Shown piece after piece: positions 54,629 to 64,000 of a stretch of DNA of 64,000 bases. Numbering within the stretch: the stretch's first letter is position 1; every line of letters starts with the position of its first letter. Both the position numbers and the translations under genes were made by a program. The DNA lies in IMG/VR virus record IMGVR_UViG_3300024259_002152, positions 1 to 64,000 of that record; one strand, given 5' to 3'. Under the pieces are notes generated by a model. The model saw only the letters and a list, made by a program, of their open reading frames with translations, did not search any database and was not told the origin of the DNA.

Positions 54629-57600
54629 TATAAGATTATATCCACCATATGGCACGCGAGAGCAATCTTCTTCTGTTAAATTTGAAATATACGATATCTC
54701 GGATATTGATGATATAAAGATAGAAATAGAAAATGCTACGGACAATGTAAAGATTGAGGTTAAATCTTTGCAGAAGTTAGAAGATATGTATGCTGGAGTT
54801 ATGGATTTGAATATTCCAGAGCATTCTTCACAATCTTCTATTTCTATATTTGCCAATATTTACAGTGTGCAATCAGATGGGACTTATAAAATTTTACAGA
54901 TTTGTCCTGCTATTTTCGAGATACAGCCAGAAGAGGAAGTTAAAGATGGAGATATATCTATTTCTCCTAATTTTATAGGTCAAGATGATTTATGTCGTAT
55001 TTTAGTTAAAGGAGAGCCTCTTTCTGATTTTACTCTTTCTGTAAATGATAAAATTTTGAGAGTGATTGTCAATCAGACAGGATTCGGTACTATTCATTTC
55101 AAAGGTAGTGAGGTTATAGGAAAGAAAGAATTAGAGTCAATTAATAAAATACCAGTTTATGTTTATAGGGGAGAAAACAAAACTGACAAAGTGTTTAGTG
55201 GTTCATATATTAATATTTTACCTACCAATATAGCTATTCATGCAGATATAGATCCACGATGTGATATTGACAGTACTTATTATGTTACACCAGGAACATG
55301 GGTAAGACCGGAGGAATGTGAGGATACGCCTTGCGACCCTAAAGTAGAAGATTGTAATGAGTGTAATCCGTTAGAAGAAGATTGCGATTTGCCATATGTG
55401 TGTTCTCAGGTGATTGATATTCCGACTAGGGTTTGTGAGTCGGGTACTGTTCAATTAGGAGATGAGCATTGTAGGATACATAATAATTCTATGGTTTCGC
55501 TAAATAATGGGATGGTAATGTATGCTTATACTTCTCCTGATAATACATATGAAACTTCTCCAGATGATGATAGATATAATGTGAATAGAGTTTTTATTTC
55601 TGCGTGGTATACATCTCCCATAGTTGATGTGTTGGTTAATAGGGATGTCGTGGTGGCATCAAAAACAGCAGAAGAAAATTTTAGGATTTATGTGGAAGAA
55701 GATGTGTGGGATGCTGTTAATAATGTGGGCGATCTAAGAGTATCTGCTAATGCTATTTATATAGTTTTTTATAATAGTGCTTTTGGTTATCAAAAAGCTA
55801 GGATTGATAGTTTAGAAATTGACGAATATACTGGAGGTTATGTTTTGGTTGCATTGGCGGGAGGAACCAATGTTGCTCTGGACAGTTGGATATTTTGTGT
55901 TAATTCTGTTATTTACAATTATCAGGATACTCCACAGCTTTATATTAATGGTGTTGATGATCATATGCCTCTTCCTTTTGTTAGAGAAGACTTTGAAGAT
56001 GGAGCATATGCTCAACCAGTTAATGTCTCTATTGCAACTAATGATAAATATATAGGAAATGATAGAGAAACCTATGTTTATTTTGTTGTTGAAGCTATTA
56101 CTGGGAATAATGTGAGTCAGTTATATTTTAATAGTTTGGTTTTTGGTAAAGATTCTATATTCGATCAAAAGACATATGGTTGGACCAGACTTACTGACTC
56201 GACTCAGGGTAATAATAGAAATCCTGTAGCCAAGATGGACTCTTATAATAATCTTCATGTTGTATTTGAGAGTGATAGGGGAGGCATTAATCAGTTATAT
56301 TATGGGAATATAGGTTTGAATTATATACTTCCTTCGGCCACGGTATTTTCTTCTTCAATAGATAAATATTCTGAATTTTTATCTACAGGAGAAGTTCCTT
56401 TTGATTATTTCCAGCCTCTTTTGTTGAAAGCAGCTACTGATCAACCATATTTTCCTATTCCAGAATATGATACTCAAAGCGTTTTATCGGAAAAGTGGAA
56501 TACTTTGCAAAGCGGAGGAGGGAGTGTTTCTTTAACGGATATGGGCTATTATTTAGATGACTTAACTATCGTAGCTAATCCTTTATCCCAAGAAGCTATG
56601 GCGATTACTTCGTTAAAAATATTAGATGCTGATGCAGATGGGGAGGTTGATCCTAGTTTGAAGGCATTGACATTGCTTCAATATAATTATCAAATATCTT
56701 TTGATTTAGAGGCGGTTATAACTCAAAATAATAATCTTACAACTGATGCTACTGTCACTAAAATTGAGATGGACAATTTGTTTAAAAATTGGAAAAGCAC
56801 TTTTACTGTTGCTGTAGATACTATTGTTACTAGTAATCCTACATATATTGGATCGGATAATAATAAGTTTATAATAGGAAGATCTGATAATATTTATGAT
56901 AGAATCGTCCCGTTAGTAGGCTCATATGGATATACAAATACTACTAATCCATCGAATATAGATTCTCAAATAAAAATTTTAAAAACAGATAATAATTTGA
57001 AAGATTTTACTTTTGGGTTAATGTTTGAAAAAACATATTTTAAAGCCAGTAATGTTCAAACATCTTCTGATTATGTTGCTGATGGAAATCAAATATCTAC
57101 GTATATAGCAGAAGAGCTAGAAACAATTTACACTGGGAAAGCAAAGTTAGTGGCATTTATAAAGACTACTGATAATAGTGATACTAGAGCCAATTATATT
57201 ATTGTGAGAGAGTTTCCAGAAGCATTAGATGTTAACACGAGTGCGATTTATGACATTCTTGTTAACTATACACGAGTTAGTTCAGATCAAACAGAAAATG
57301 TTTTGAACACTTATGAGACAATATATGAAAACAAATTTGTGGGAACTTTAACTTTAATTATAGATGGAATTCCTAAATTTTCTCAGTCGTTTGTAACTGC
57401 AATAGATTTTGAATATAATTATTTTGATATAGGTTTCGGAATGCCAACTGGGGGATATTATGTGGCTGATAAAATGTCCCCTAGCAAACTAGGGGTATTT
57501 GATAGCGTTACTGCCAATCTTAGCATTAGTGGTATTACAATCTCATCTCCTACTTATACTTATAATGATGCAGTGGTAAGTTTGCCTCCTACTGTAAGGG

Positions 57601-58709
57601 ATATAACTAATTTTAAAGTATTTGATGAATCTTTTTCTGTTCCAAGTAATACTATTCCTTATGCTCCAAGCGATTGGAGTGATAATTTAATTACTCTCAA
57701 TTTCGTTAGTAAGGATGAAATTAAATATTATACTACTTATACGGAATCGGCAGGAGAGGATTATGAAGAATTATTTAGTGTAGAAAATGTTGAAAAAATT
57801 AGTATTGAATTTTTGCCAGGAGCTTTAACTGATAATTTAATTGTAACGTCAGAATATGGAACAATTTTATATGAAACTGGTTTTGTATCTACTTTTGATA
57901 ATATTCCTATCAAATTTGATGTAGATGTGACTTTGATTGATAATGTTTATATCTCTATCGACATTGGTCCTGATTCTAATAATCTATCTTATTCTTTTTC
58001 AGCTTATTTTAAAAAGGTTCATAACGACAATACGTTTATTCAAACTCCAATAACATTTGAGGGCATAAATCAATCAGCAGCTTTGGATATCGGTCTTTGT
58101 GATGATGTTAATATAGTTTGGCAATCTAACAGGAATAAATATTGGAATATATATTATGCTAATTCTGTGGACGAGTTGTCTCCTTTTAGATATGAAACTC
58201 AAATTACTAATACCGAAAGTAATAGTATAAGACCATCTATTTCTGTTAATAGGACAGGAAAGAGATTAATAGCATGGAATGACAACAGGAATGGAGAATT
58301 TGCTATTTATGCAGCACGTTCTTTAAATGGATATGATTGCACTCAAAAATCATGTGAGAATAAAATGTTGCAGAACTATGAAGATCAGGTAGAACAGTGT
58401 GATCTTTCATTTATTGTTACTCCATCCACTACAGGGATTTATAATTTAATTTTATATTTTTATTCTGATATTGGTTCTGGAAATTTATATAAGGCCATGT
58501 ATTTAGAAGATAATCCATCCAGATGGTTGATTAATAGTGTTAGAGCAGATGGTTTAATTGTATATGATGATAGTGGTAATTTTTTAGGAGTATCATTAAT
58601 AGAAAATACAGAATATAGTATTTCTTATGCTCCTGATAAAAATGATATGATTTTTGATATGGTCCTTTATGCCAAGCTAGATAGTGTTTTAGTAGAAGAG
58701 GGTGTATAA
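54621..58709 (+). CDS. Large virion protein with propeller-type repeats
   Basis: 1362 aa; repeated LHVVFESDRGGINQLYY / VNIVWQSNRNKYWNIYY / LIAWNDNRNGEFAIY blades. Confidence 0.55.
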   Translation: MANIRLYPPYGTREQSSSVKFEIYDISDIDDIKIEIENATDNVKIEVKSLQKLEDMYAGVMDLNIPEHSSQSSISIFANIYSVQSDGTYKILQICPAIFEIQPEEEVKDGDISISPNFIGQDDLCRILVKGEPLSDFTLSVNDKILRVIVNQTGFGTIHFKGSEVIGKKELESINKIPVYVYRGENKTDKVFSGSYINILPTNIAIHADIDPRCDIDSTYYVTPGTWVRPEECEDTPCDPKVEDCNECNPLEEDCDLPYVCSQVIDIPTRVCESGTVQLGDEHCRIHNNSMVSLNNGMVMYAYTSPDNTYETSPDDDRYNVNRVFISAWYTSPIVDVLVNRDVVVASKTAEENFRIYVEEDVWDAVNNVGDLRVSANAIYIVFYNSAFGYQKARIDSLEIDEYTGGYVLVALAGGTNVALDSWIFCVNSVIYNYQDTPQLYINGVDDHMPLPFVREDFEDGAYAQPVNVSIATNDKYIGNDRETYVYFVVEAITGNNVSQLYFNSLVFGKDSIFDQKTYGWTRLTDSTQGNNRNPVAKMDSYNNLHVVFESDRGGINQLYYGNIGLNYILPSATVFSSSIDKYSEFLSTGEVPFDYFQPLLLKAATDQPYFPIPEYDTQSVLSEKWNTLQSGGGSVSLTDMGYYLDDLTIVANPLSQEAMAITSLKILDADADGEVDPSLKALTLLQYNYQISFDLEAVITQNNNLTTDATVTKIEMDNLFKNWKSTFTVAVDTIVTSNPTYIGSDNNKFIIGRSDNIYDRIVPLVGSYGYTNTTNPSNIDSQIKILKTDNNLKDFTFGLMFEKTYFKASNVQTSSDYVADGNQISTYIAEELETIYTGKAKLVAFIKTTDNSDTRANYIIVREFPEALDVNTSAIYDILVNYTRVSSDQTENVLNTYETIYENKFVGTLTLIIDGIPKFSQSFVTAIDFEYNYFDIGFGMPTGGYYVADKMSPSKLGVFDSVTANLSISGITISSPTYTYNDAVVSLPPTVRDITNFKVFDESFSVPSNTIPYAPSDWSDNLITLNFVSKDEIKYYTTYTESAGEDYEELFSVENVEKISIEFLPGALTDNLIVTSEYGTILYETGFVSTFDNIPIKFDVDVTLIDNVYISIDIGPDSNNLSYSFSAYFKKVHNDNTFIQTPITFEGINQSAALDIGLCDDVNIVWQSNRNKYWNIYYANSVDELSPFRYETQITNTESNSIRPSISVNRTGKRLIAWNDNRNGEFAIYAARSLNGYDCTQKSCENKMLQNYEDQVEQCDLSFIVTPSTTGIYNLILYFYSDIGSGNLYKAMYLEDNPSRWLINSVRADGLIVYDDSGNFLGVSLIENTEYSISYAPDKNDMIFDMVLYAKLDSVLVEEGV

Positions 58710-61700
58710 TATGGCTATCATAAGATTAGAGGTTCAAAATAGTTACAGTGTTTCTATACCTTATTATGATATAGGAGTATGGAAGGAAGGTACATCTCTT
58801 TCTGCTTCTCCAGATCATACTGTAAATACTGGGCCGACAGGAGTGATTAATTGGAGTGCTCCCGCTTCTTATAATGCTATTTTTATCGTGCCAATATCTA
58901 ATTCAGCATGGATGGCTCCTATAAACACTTCGACTTCTTCGCCGGTTCATGCTTATTATTCTTTAACTCCTGTTGCAACAATAGATTCCATATGGAAAAG
59001 TCCAGCATCTATGTTTGCACCTAATAAGCCAGTTATAAGTGTATCTCAAGTCGCAAATGGTTTAAAAATTACACATGTTAATGATACTACGAAATATGAT
59101 CTTGATTATTATTTGTATTTTAATACATCCAACAATTATAATACATCTAGAATATTAAAAAAATCAGATCCTAGTTCTGATGCTCCTGGGGTTTCTTGGA
59201 GCGATACTTCCGAAACCAGTCCAGATGGAGTTCCATTAACAAGCATTACTCTAAGTCTAGGAGCGATTCAAGAAAATGTTACATATTGGTTCTGGTTCAG
59301 GACGAGTAATATTGCGATATTTCCTGATCCAATTCTTTCACGTTTTGGAGAGATAAGCGATTTTAGTACAGGAACTCTTTTATCTGGTACTTACACTCTT
59401 ACAATTAATGGTGCATTGGGTGGAACAGTTACAGGTCCAAATTGTGATGGAATTGCTTCAGGTTCAATTTGCGTGTCAGATCCTTCTCCATCATATGGCA
59501 GTCAAATTCCAATATCTTTTGTAGCTAGTGATGGGTATGTAGTAGGAGATGTGCTTATTGCTCCTGCGATACCTTATAATCTTAGTGTGTCTGATAATCA
59601 GCATCATAATATAACGTTCACTAATTATACTAATCTTACTATTGCTGTAACTCCTACATTTGTTTCTGCTCCTTGTCAATTAGATTTATCTATTGATACA
59701 GAGTCTTACACAAATGCTAAGGGTAAAATTAAGTTAGATTCTCCTAATTTGGGAGATGTTTATTCAACTAGTAATAGATCATTAATAATAGAAAATCCAA
59801 ATGTAAATTCTCCAGTAATTATTAGTGCTAATCCAAATTATAATTATCAAGTTAAAGAATGGGTGGTTGATGGCGTTGTTGATAGTAGTTCGACAGGAAA
59901 TACTATTAGCGTTTCGATTGCTGGGGAAGAAAATAAAACAGTATCTGTTAGATTCGAAGAATTTGTAGGGACATATTATGATTTGACTATAGAAGCATCT
60001 GGATCTGGAGGAACTTCTCCGTTATCAGGGCAATATATTTCAGGTCAAACGATAGCTATCAATCCTGTCCCTGCTCCAGGATGGGTATTTACTGGTTGGG
60101 TATATCCATTGGGAGGGCCTGATTTCAGTATTGCTGGGAATACTCTTAGTGTTACTATGTCTGGGGATAAAAGCGGTATTGTTGCTACTTTTGAGCAAGA
60201 AGTTGTGGCTAGTATCCTCAGAAATGAGACAGCAACAATATTTTATTGTTCTTCAGAAACTTATAGAGATAATATTGTTTCATTTAGTTTTATTAATAAT
60301 AGTGAAGATCCATCTGTTGAACATAACTATCATTTTAGACTGAATTTTTATACTGATATTACTAAAGATAGACTAGTTTATTCTGCTTTTTCTTTGGCCG
60401 ATAATAAAAGATGGTTTTTAAATGATGGGACTTTCAGTCAGCTATCTTCTGGAGGTTTGAATGTTGAGATTTCTGATACTGTTAATATAATCTACGACCC
60501 TGAAGCATTGCCTCAGCAAACGACAGAAACTCAGAAACCGCATCTCCTTAATAATAATTCAATTATATATGAGAAACCTTTAATTTGCGGCGTAAAATAT
60601 TATGTAGAGGTGCAAGCTTACGAGGTTTCTAGTAATACTCTTACGACTGTTGAAACTATTCCTTTAATTTTAGATTGTGATAAAGTTGATTCTTATTATT
60701 GGAATTATAATCAAGATAAAAATAACTGGTTATGTAGCGGTCAGGGTAAAGCTGATTTGCAGGTGAGCAGCGGTTATGGCACATCTATTAACCCTTCTAT
60801 AGCTTCTAATTTGTTTGGTATATTTAAAATAGTTTGGCAAGGTAGGAAGACATCCGTAGATTCTAATATTTATGCTGCTGTCTGGGATTCTGTTAAAGAT
60901 ATTTTGTATTCTTCTGGTCAAGGTCTTTATGATGTGTTAGAAATTATTAATGCTAATCATCCGATAATAACAACTGATCCAGCTCTTAATTTCTATATTT
61001 CAGGGACCGTGAAGGATAATATTATATATAAGGCATGTAGTTTTGATACATGCGGAGATAGTGCATCACCCGGTGCTTCTCCAGGAAGTAATAATTTTGA
61101 AGCTTTTTGTTATCCTGGTTCTGCTGCTAATCTTAGTGGGGTTTATGATCAAATAAAGATGAGGGTATATGAAGAAGATATCTCAGATTCTCTTGTGATT
61201 AATGATGAGAAAGTAGTGCCTGTTATTAGTCAAAAATCTATAAGATTAGATGTAGACGGTATTGTCGGGGCTTATGCTGTTAGACTTAGAAATATGGAAG
61301 ATAGGGAGTGGGGAGAGTGGATCAATATAGATAATGATTTATCTGGAGCAGGAACTGGTGATGATGCGTCTTATAGTGCTTATAGAATAGATAATTCTAG
61401 ATTTATAGTTCCATGGAATATAGAAAAACATAATGGTCTAAGAAGGATATGTTGTCAAGTTTTAACTATTTATGGAATTAGTAATACATTTTGTCTAGAA
61501 GTATTAGCTAATTTCGATGTGCCTCAGCATATATTTAAATTTTATACAGCAGATACTCGTTTGTCAGGATTGTCAACAGATAGTCCTCCAGGGAATGAAT
61601 TTCCAACTTATAATGGTCAGTATGTGTTGTCTTTGGATGCTCCAGGAGTTACAATCAATCCAGAAGGATATGTGAATGTTTATTTTGATGCTGTATTTAG

Positions 61701-62136
61701 TGAGCCCGTTTATAAGGATGAAGAGGGTTTAATTTCATATACTATCGAAGATGTAAAATATAATGTGATTCAACAGGGGGTAAATGATCTGGTAAATCAA
61801 AGTTTCACAACTGTAATACCATCGAAATTTTCAGGTCAGTTTAAACTTTATAATAATGATGGGATATTTAATAAGGATGGCGCTGCATTTATAGAAATAT
61901 TATTTCCAGATACTACTGTTGCAGAGAGTTGTGGTTCTGATGATAGAGATATTTATAATATTGTTAATGCCGATTTGGAGCAGATAGCTAATATTAATTT
62001 GCTCCCAGAAGAAGTTTATCAAAAATATCAAAGCAATAAATTATCTAAAAGTTTGGATATTGATAGATTTAAACAAAATTATGATAAAGATGATACTAAT
62101 TTTAAATTTGGGAACCCAGGATATTATAGGAAATAA
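58702..62136 (+). CDS. Large virion/receptor-binding protein with divergent InlB B-repeat-like domains
   Basis: YTLTINGALGGTVTG... and YDLTIEASGSGGTSPLSGQY...PAPGWVFTGW repeats. Confidence 0.55.
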   Translation: MYNMAIIRLEVQNSYSVSIPYYDIGVWKEGTSLSASPDHTVNTGPTGVINWSAPASYNAIFIVPISNSAWMAPINTSTSSPVHAYYSLTPVATIDSIWKSPASMFAPNKPVISVSQVANGLKITHVNDTTKYDLDYYLYFNTSNNYNTSRILKKSDPSSDAPGVSWSDTSETSPDGVPLTSITLSLGAIQENVTYWFWFRTSNIAIFPDPILSRFGEISDFSTGTLLSGTYTLTINGALGGTVTGPNCDGIASGSICVSDPSPSYGSQIPISFVASDGYVVGDVLIAPAIPYNLSVSDNQHHNITFTNYTNLTIAVTPTFVSAPCQLDLSIDTESYTNAKGKIKLDSPNLGDVYSTSNRSLIIENPNVNSPVIISANPNYNYQVKEWVVDGVVDSSSTGNTISVSIAGEENKTVSVRFEEFVGTYYDLTIEASGSGGTSPLSGQYISGQTIAINPVPAPGWVFTGWVYPLGGPDFSIAGNTLSVTMSGDKSGIVATFEQEVVASILRNETATIFYCSSETYRDNIVSFSFINNSEDPSVEHNYHFRLNFYTDITKDRLVYSAFSLADNKRWFLNDGTFSQLSSGGLNVEISDTVNIIYDPEALPQQTTETQKPHLLNNNSIIYEKPLICGVKYYVEVQAYEVSSNTLTTVETIPLILDCDKVDSYYWNYNQDKNNWLCSGQGKADLQVSSGYGTSINPSIASNLFGIFKIVWQGRKTSVDSNIYAAVWDSVKDILYSSGQGLYDVLEIINANHPIITTDPALNFYISGTVKDNIIYKACSFDTCGDSASPGASPGSNNFEAFCYPGSAANLSGVYDQIKMRVYEEDISDSLVINDEKVVPVISQKSIRLDVDGIVGAYAVRLRNMEDREWGEWINIDNDLSGAGTGDDASYSAYRIDNSRFIVPWNIEKHNGLRRICCQVLTIYGISNTFCLEVLANFDVPQHIFKFYTADTRLSGLSTDSPPGNEFPTYNGQYVLSLDAPGVTINPEGYVNVYFDAVFSEPVYKDEEGLISYTIEDVKYNVIQQGVNDLVNQSFTTVIPSKFSGQFKLYNNDGIFNKDGAAFIEILFPDTTVAESCGSDDRDIYNIVNADLEQIANINLLPEEVYQKYQSNKLSKSLDIDRFKQNYDKDDTNFKFGNPGYYRK

Positions 62137-62138
62137 TT

Positions 62139-64000
62139 ATGGCTATAGATTTAACATCTAATACTATTGCTCAGTATAAAATGAATGATAATTCTGCGAA
62201 TACTGTTGTTATAGATTCTGCTAGAAATTATAACGGAATGTATGGCGGAGCAAATACTGACGCTAAAAGTGTTGTGGGAGTTATTAATACTGCTTTGTCT
62301 TTTAATGGGATCAATAACTATATTGATACTAATCAAACATTTCAGTCTACTTTACAAAATAGTTTTTCTATAAATTTGTGGTGCAAAGATATTGGTGAAG
62401 GTACCAATCAGCAGCATTTTGTGGCGGTAAGTTGGGGTTTATATATTTTAGAATTCTTTAAAACAGGAACGACTGTTGGAATAAATTATACTACTCAAGC
62501 TCCTGTGCCTGTTTCAGCTATTATTACCAATACACCATTAACATCTTGGAGTATGGTTACTGCTGTTGTGGAAAATTTAGATGGCTCTAATACTAGAGCT
62601 TTATTATACATCAATGGGGATTTAGTAAAAATTGGAACAACAATGGGTATACCCATGTCGGATTGGGGGACCGTTGGTACAAATCTTAATGTATATGTAG
62701 GTTGTGGCAATATCGTTGGTCATGCAATTGAAAATTTTGATGGTTATCTTGATGATGTAAGAATATTTAATAAAGTATTAACTGTAGATGAAATATCATT
62801 TCTTTATAATGATGGGACCGGAACCGAGTTATCATCTTCTGGAAATATTGATCTTATTAGCGCTCCTAGTATTATTTATCCAAATGGTGGAGAAACTTTT
62901 ACAGAAGGAGATATAAATATTCAATGGGTAGAACCAGGAAATTTATCTACCACCGAGTTGATATGGTATGAAATTTTTATAACTGATGATTATGATCCTC
63001 ATAAAAAATCAGAGTTGATTCAAATAGCAACGATTCCTTCTGGCAATACGTCTTATAGTTATACTATACAAAAAAATCTTAAAGGGACTAGGAGTCGAAT
63101 TGGCATTAGAGCAACGGACAGTACTGGGCTGAGAAGTAATATGTCTTTCTCTGCGGATTATTTTATCATTACTAATGAAAGTCTACCATCTCCTTCTATG
63201 ATAGAACCAGTTAAAGGAGATACTTATTTTTCATATGTGCCTTTTATATTTGATCATAATGCAGTTATGGGCAGATCTTCACAAAGGAGTTTTTATCAGA
63301 TATATTATAAATCTGATAATCAAGATTTGGATTGGACTTTATTAAAGAGTAATATCATGGTCGGTTCAGATCCTATTAATATCGATGTAAGTAATTTTAT
63401 AACTAATTCTGATTATGTTTTTAAAATAGAGTTGGTTGATGGGGATAATGTTTCTTCTCCTGTTTTTATTGATAATATTAATATTAATAATATTAATTTG
63501 TTTCTTATTGATACTACTCCACCTTCTGGAACTGTTCGGATAGTAGATAATGAAGAATATACTAAGGATAAGAGTTTGATACTTAGAATATCGGCAAGTG
63601 ATGAAGTAACTTTTGTGAAAGATGTTCAGATTCAGCAAACTAATACACAATCTCAGTTATCAGTTACTGGAGAATATGTCCCTCTTACTCCTTTGTTGAC
63701 ATGGGATATCAAAGAGGAGATAGCGGGTGGGGGAGTTATTGATGGGGTTAAATTAATACAGGCTAGATTTAGAGATTATGGGGGGAATACTGTAACAGCT
63801 AGTCAGGAAAAATATTTTAGGACTTATAAAAATTTGGAAAACAGGGAAGTAACCTCTTTATTCTATGATCATGCTCAAGATAATTTATATTTTTCTTTTG
63901 CTGGTGATTTAATTTCCTCTGCTTCGGCGGAATTGTATAGAAATTTAACTTTTATATCTACGCTAGATGGAGATGCTACTGCTTTAGAAGTATATAATAA
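62139..64000 (+). CDS. 3'-truncated virion protein with N-terminal LamG/concanavalin-like domain (not in track)
   Basis: MAIDLTSNTIAQYKMND...ALSFNG...FSINLW...LYING...FDGYLDDVRIFNKVLT, then Fn3-like YPNGGETF; start and end segments read open in the same frame. Confidence 0.7.
   Translation, partial: MAIDLTSNTIAQYKMNDNSANTVVIDSARNYNGMYGGANTDAKSVVGVINTALSFNGINNYIDTNQTFQSTLQNSFSINLWCKDIGEGTNQQHFVAVSWGLYILEFFKTGTTVGINYTTQAPVPVSAIITNTPLTSWSMVTAVVENLDGSNTRALLYINGDLVKIGTTMGIPMSDWGTVGTNLNVYVGCGNIVGHAIENFDGYLDDVRIFNKVLTVDEISFLYNDGTGTELSSSGNIDLISAPSIIYPNGGETFTEGDINIQWVEPGNLSTTELIWYEIFITDDYDPHKKSELIQIATIPSGNTSYSYTIQKNLKGTRSRIGIRATDSTGLRSNMSFSADYFIITNESLPSPSMIEPVKGDTYFSYVPFIFDHNAVMGRSSQRSFYQIYYKSDNQDLDWTLLKSNIMVGSDPINIDVSNFITNSDYVFKIELVDGDNVSSPVFIDNININNINLFLIDTTPPSGTVRIVDNEEYTKDKSLILRISASDEVTFVKDVQIQQTNTQSQLSVTGEYVPLTPLLTWDIKEEIAGGGVIDGVKLIQARFRDYGGNTVTASQEKYFRTYKNLENREVTSLFYDHAQDNLYFSFAGDLISSASAELYRNLTFISTLDGDATALEVYN

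Noticed and set aside
1-64000. Alternative genetic code (stop-codon recoding)
   Set aside because: Genes over 1000 aa are intact under code 11, and TAA, TAG and TGA all terminate genes, including the tagged family.
1-64000. tRNA, rRNA or CRISPR arrays
   Set aside because: No cloverleaf, T-loop/CCA pattern or regularly spaced repeat-spacer array was seen; a tRNAscan-SE run would be definitive.

Overview
AT-rich, densely coding, mostly plus-strand window from a large tailed dsDNA bacteriophage (jumbo-phage-like organisation). No capsid, terminase or polymerase gene was recognised here. Standard code: TAA, TAG and TGA all end genes. From about 31.6 kb to the end is a virion morphogenesis module: connector/neck-like genes, tail tube, tail-assembly chaperone with a G-GGA-AAC -1 frameshift site, a 1125-aa tape measure, and six very large tail-tip/fibre-like proteins (propeller, InlB-B-like and LamG domains; the last runs off the window). 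The left half mixes further virion-like genes (including a minus-strand array of paralogues starting IEDGKGSG) with accessory genes: subtilisin-like protease, glycosyltransferases, macrodomain, PhoH, actin-fold ATPase, one LAGLIDADG and three HNH endonucleases. Most striking: seven unrelated small proteins all end in R-F-[DEK]-I-L-D-L-stop, encoded with varying synonymous codons, which suggests an undescribed C-terminal docking/targeting tag. Also seen: two promoter classes (TTGAAA-N16-TATAAT; AAGG-N19/20-AAT), a recurring 25-bp palindromic operator-like site, an 18-bp direct repeat with a palindromic core flanking an inverted 1.4-kb segment, and RHH-HNH gene pairs missed by the ORF track. All functional calls rest on motif recognition by eye; no database search was run.
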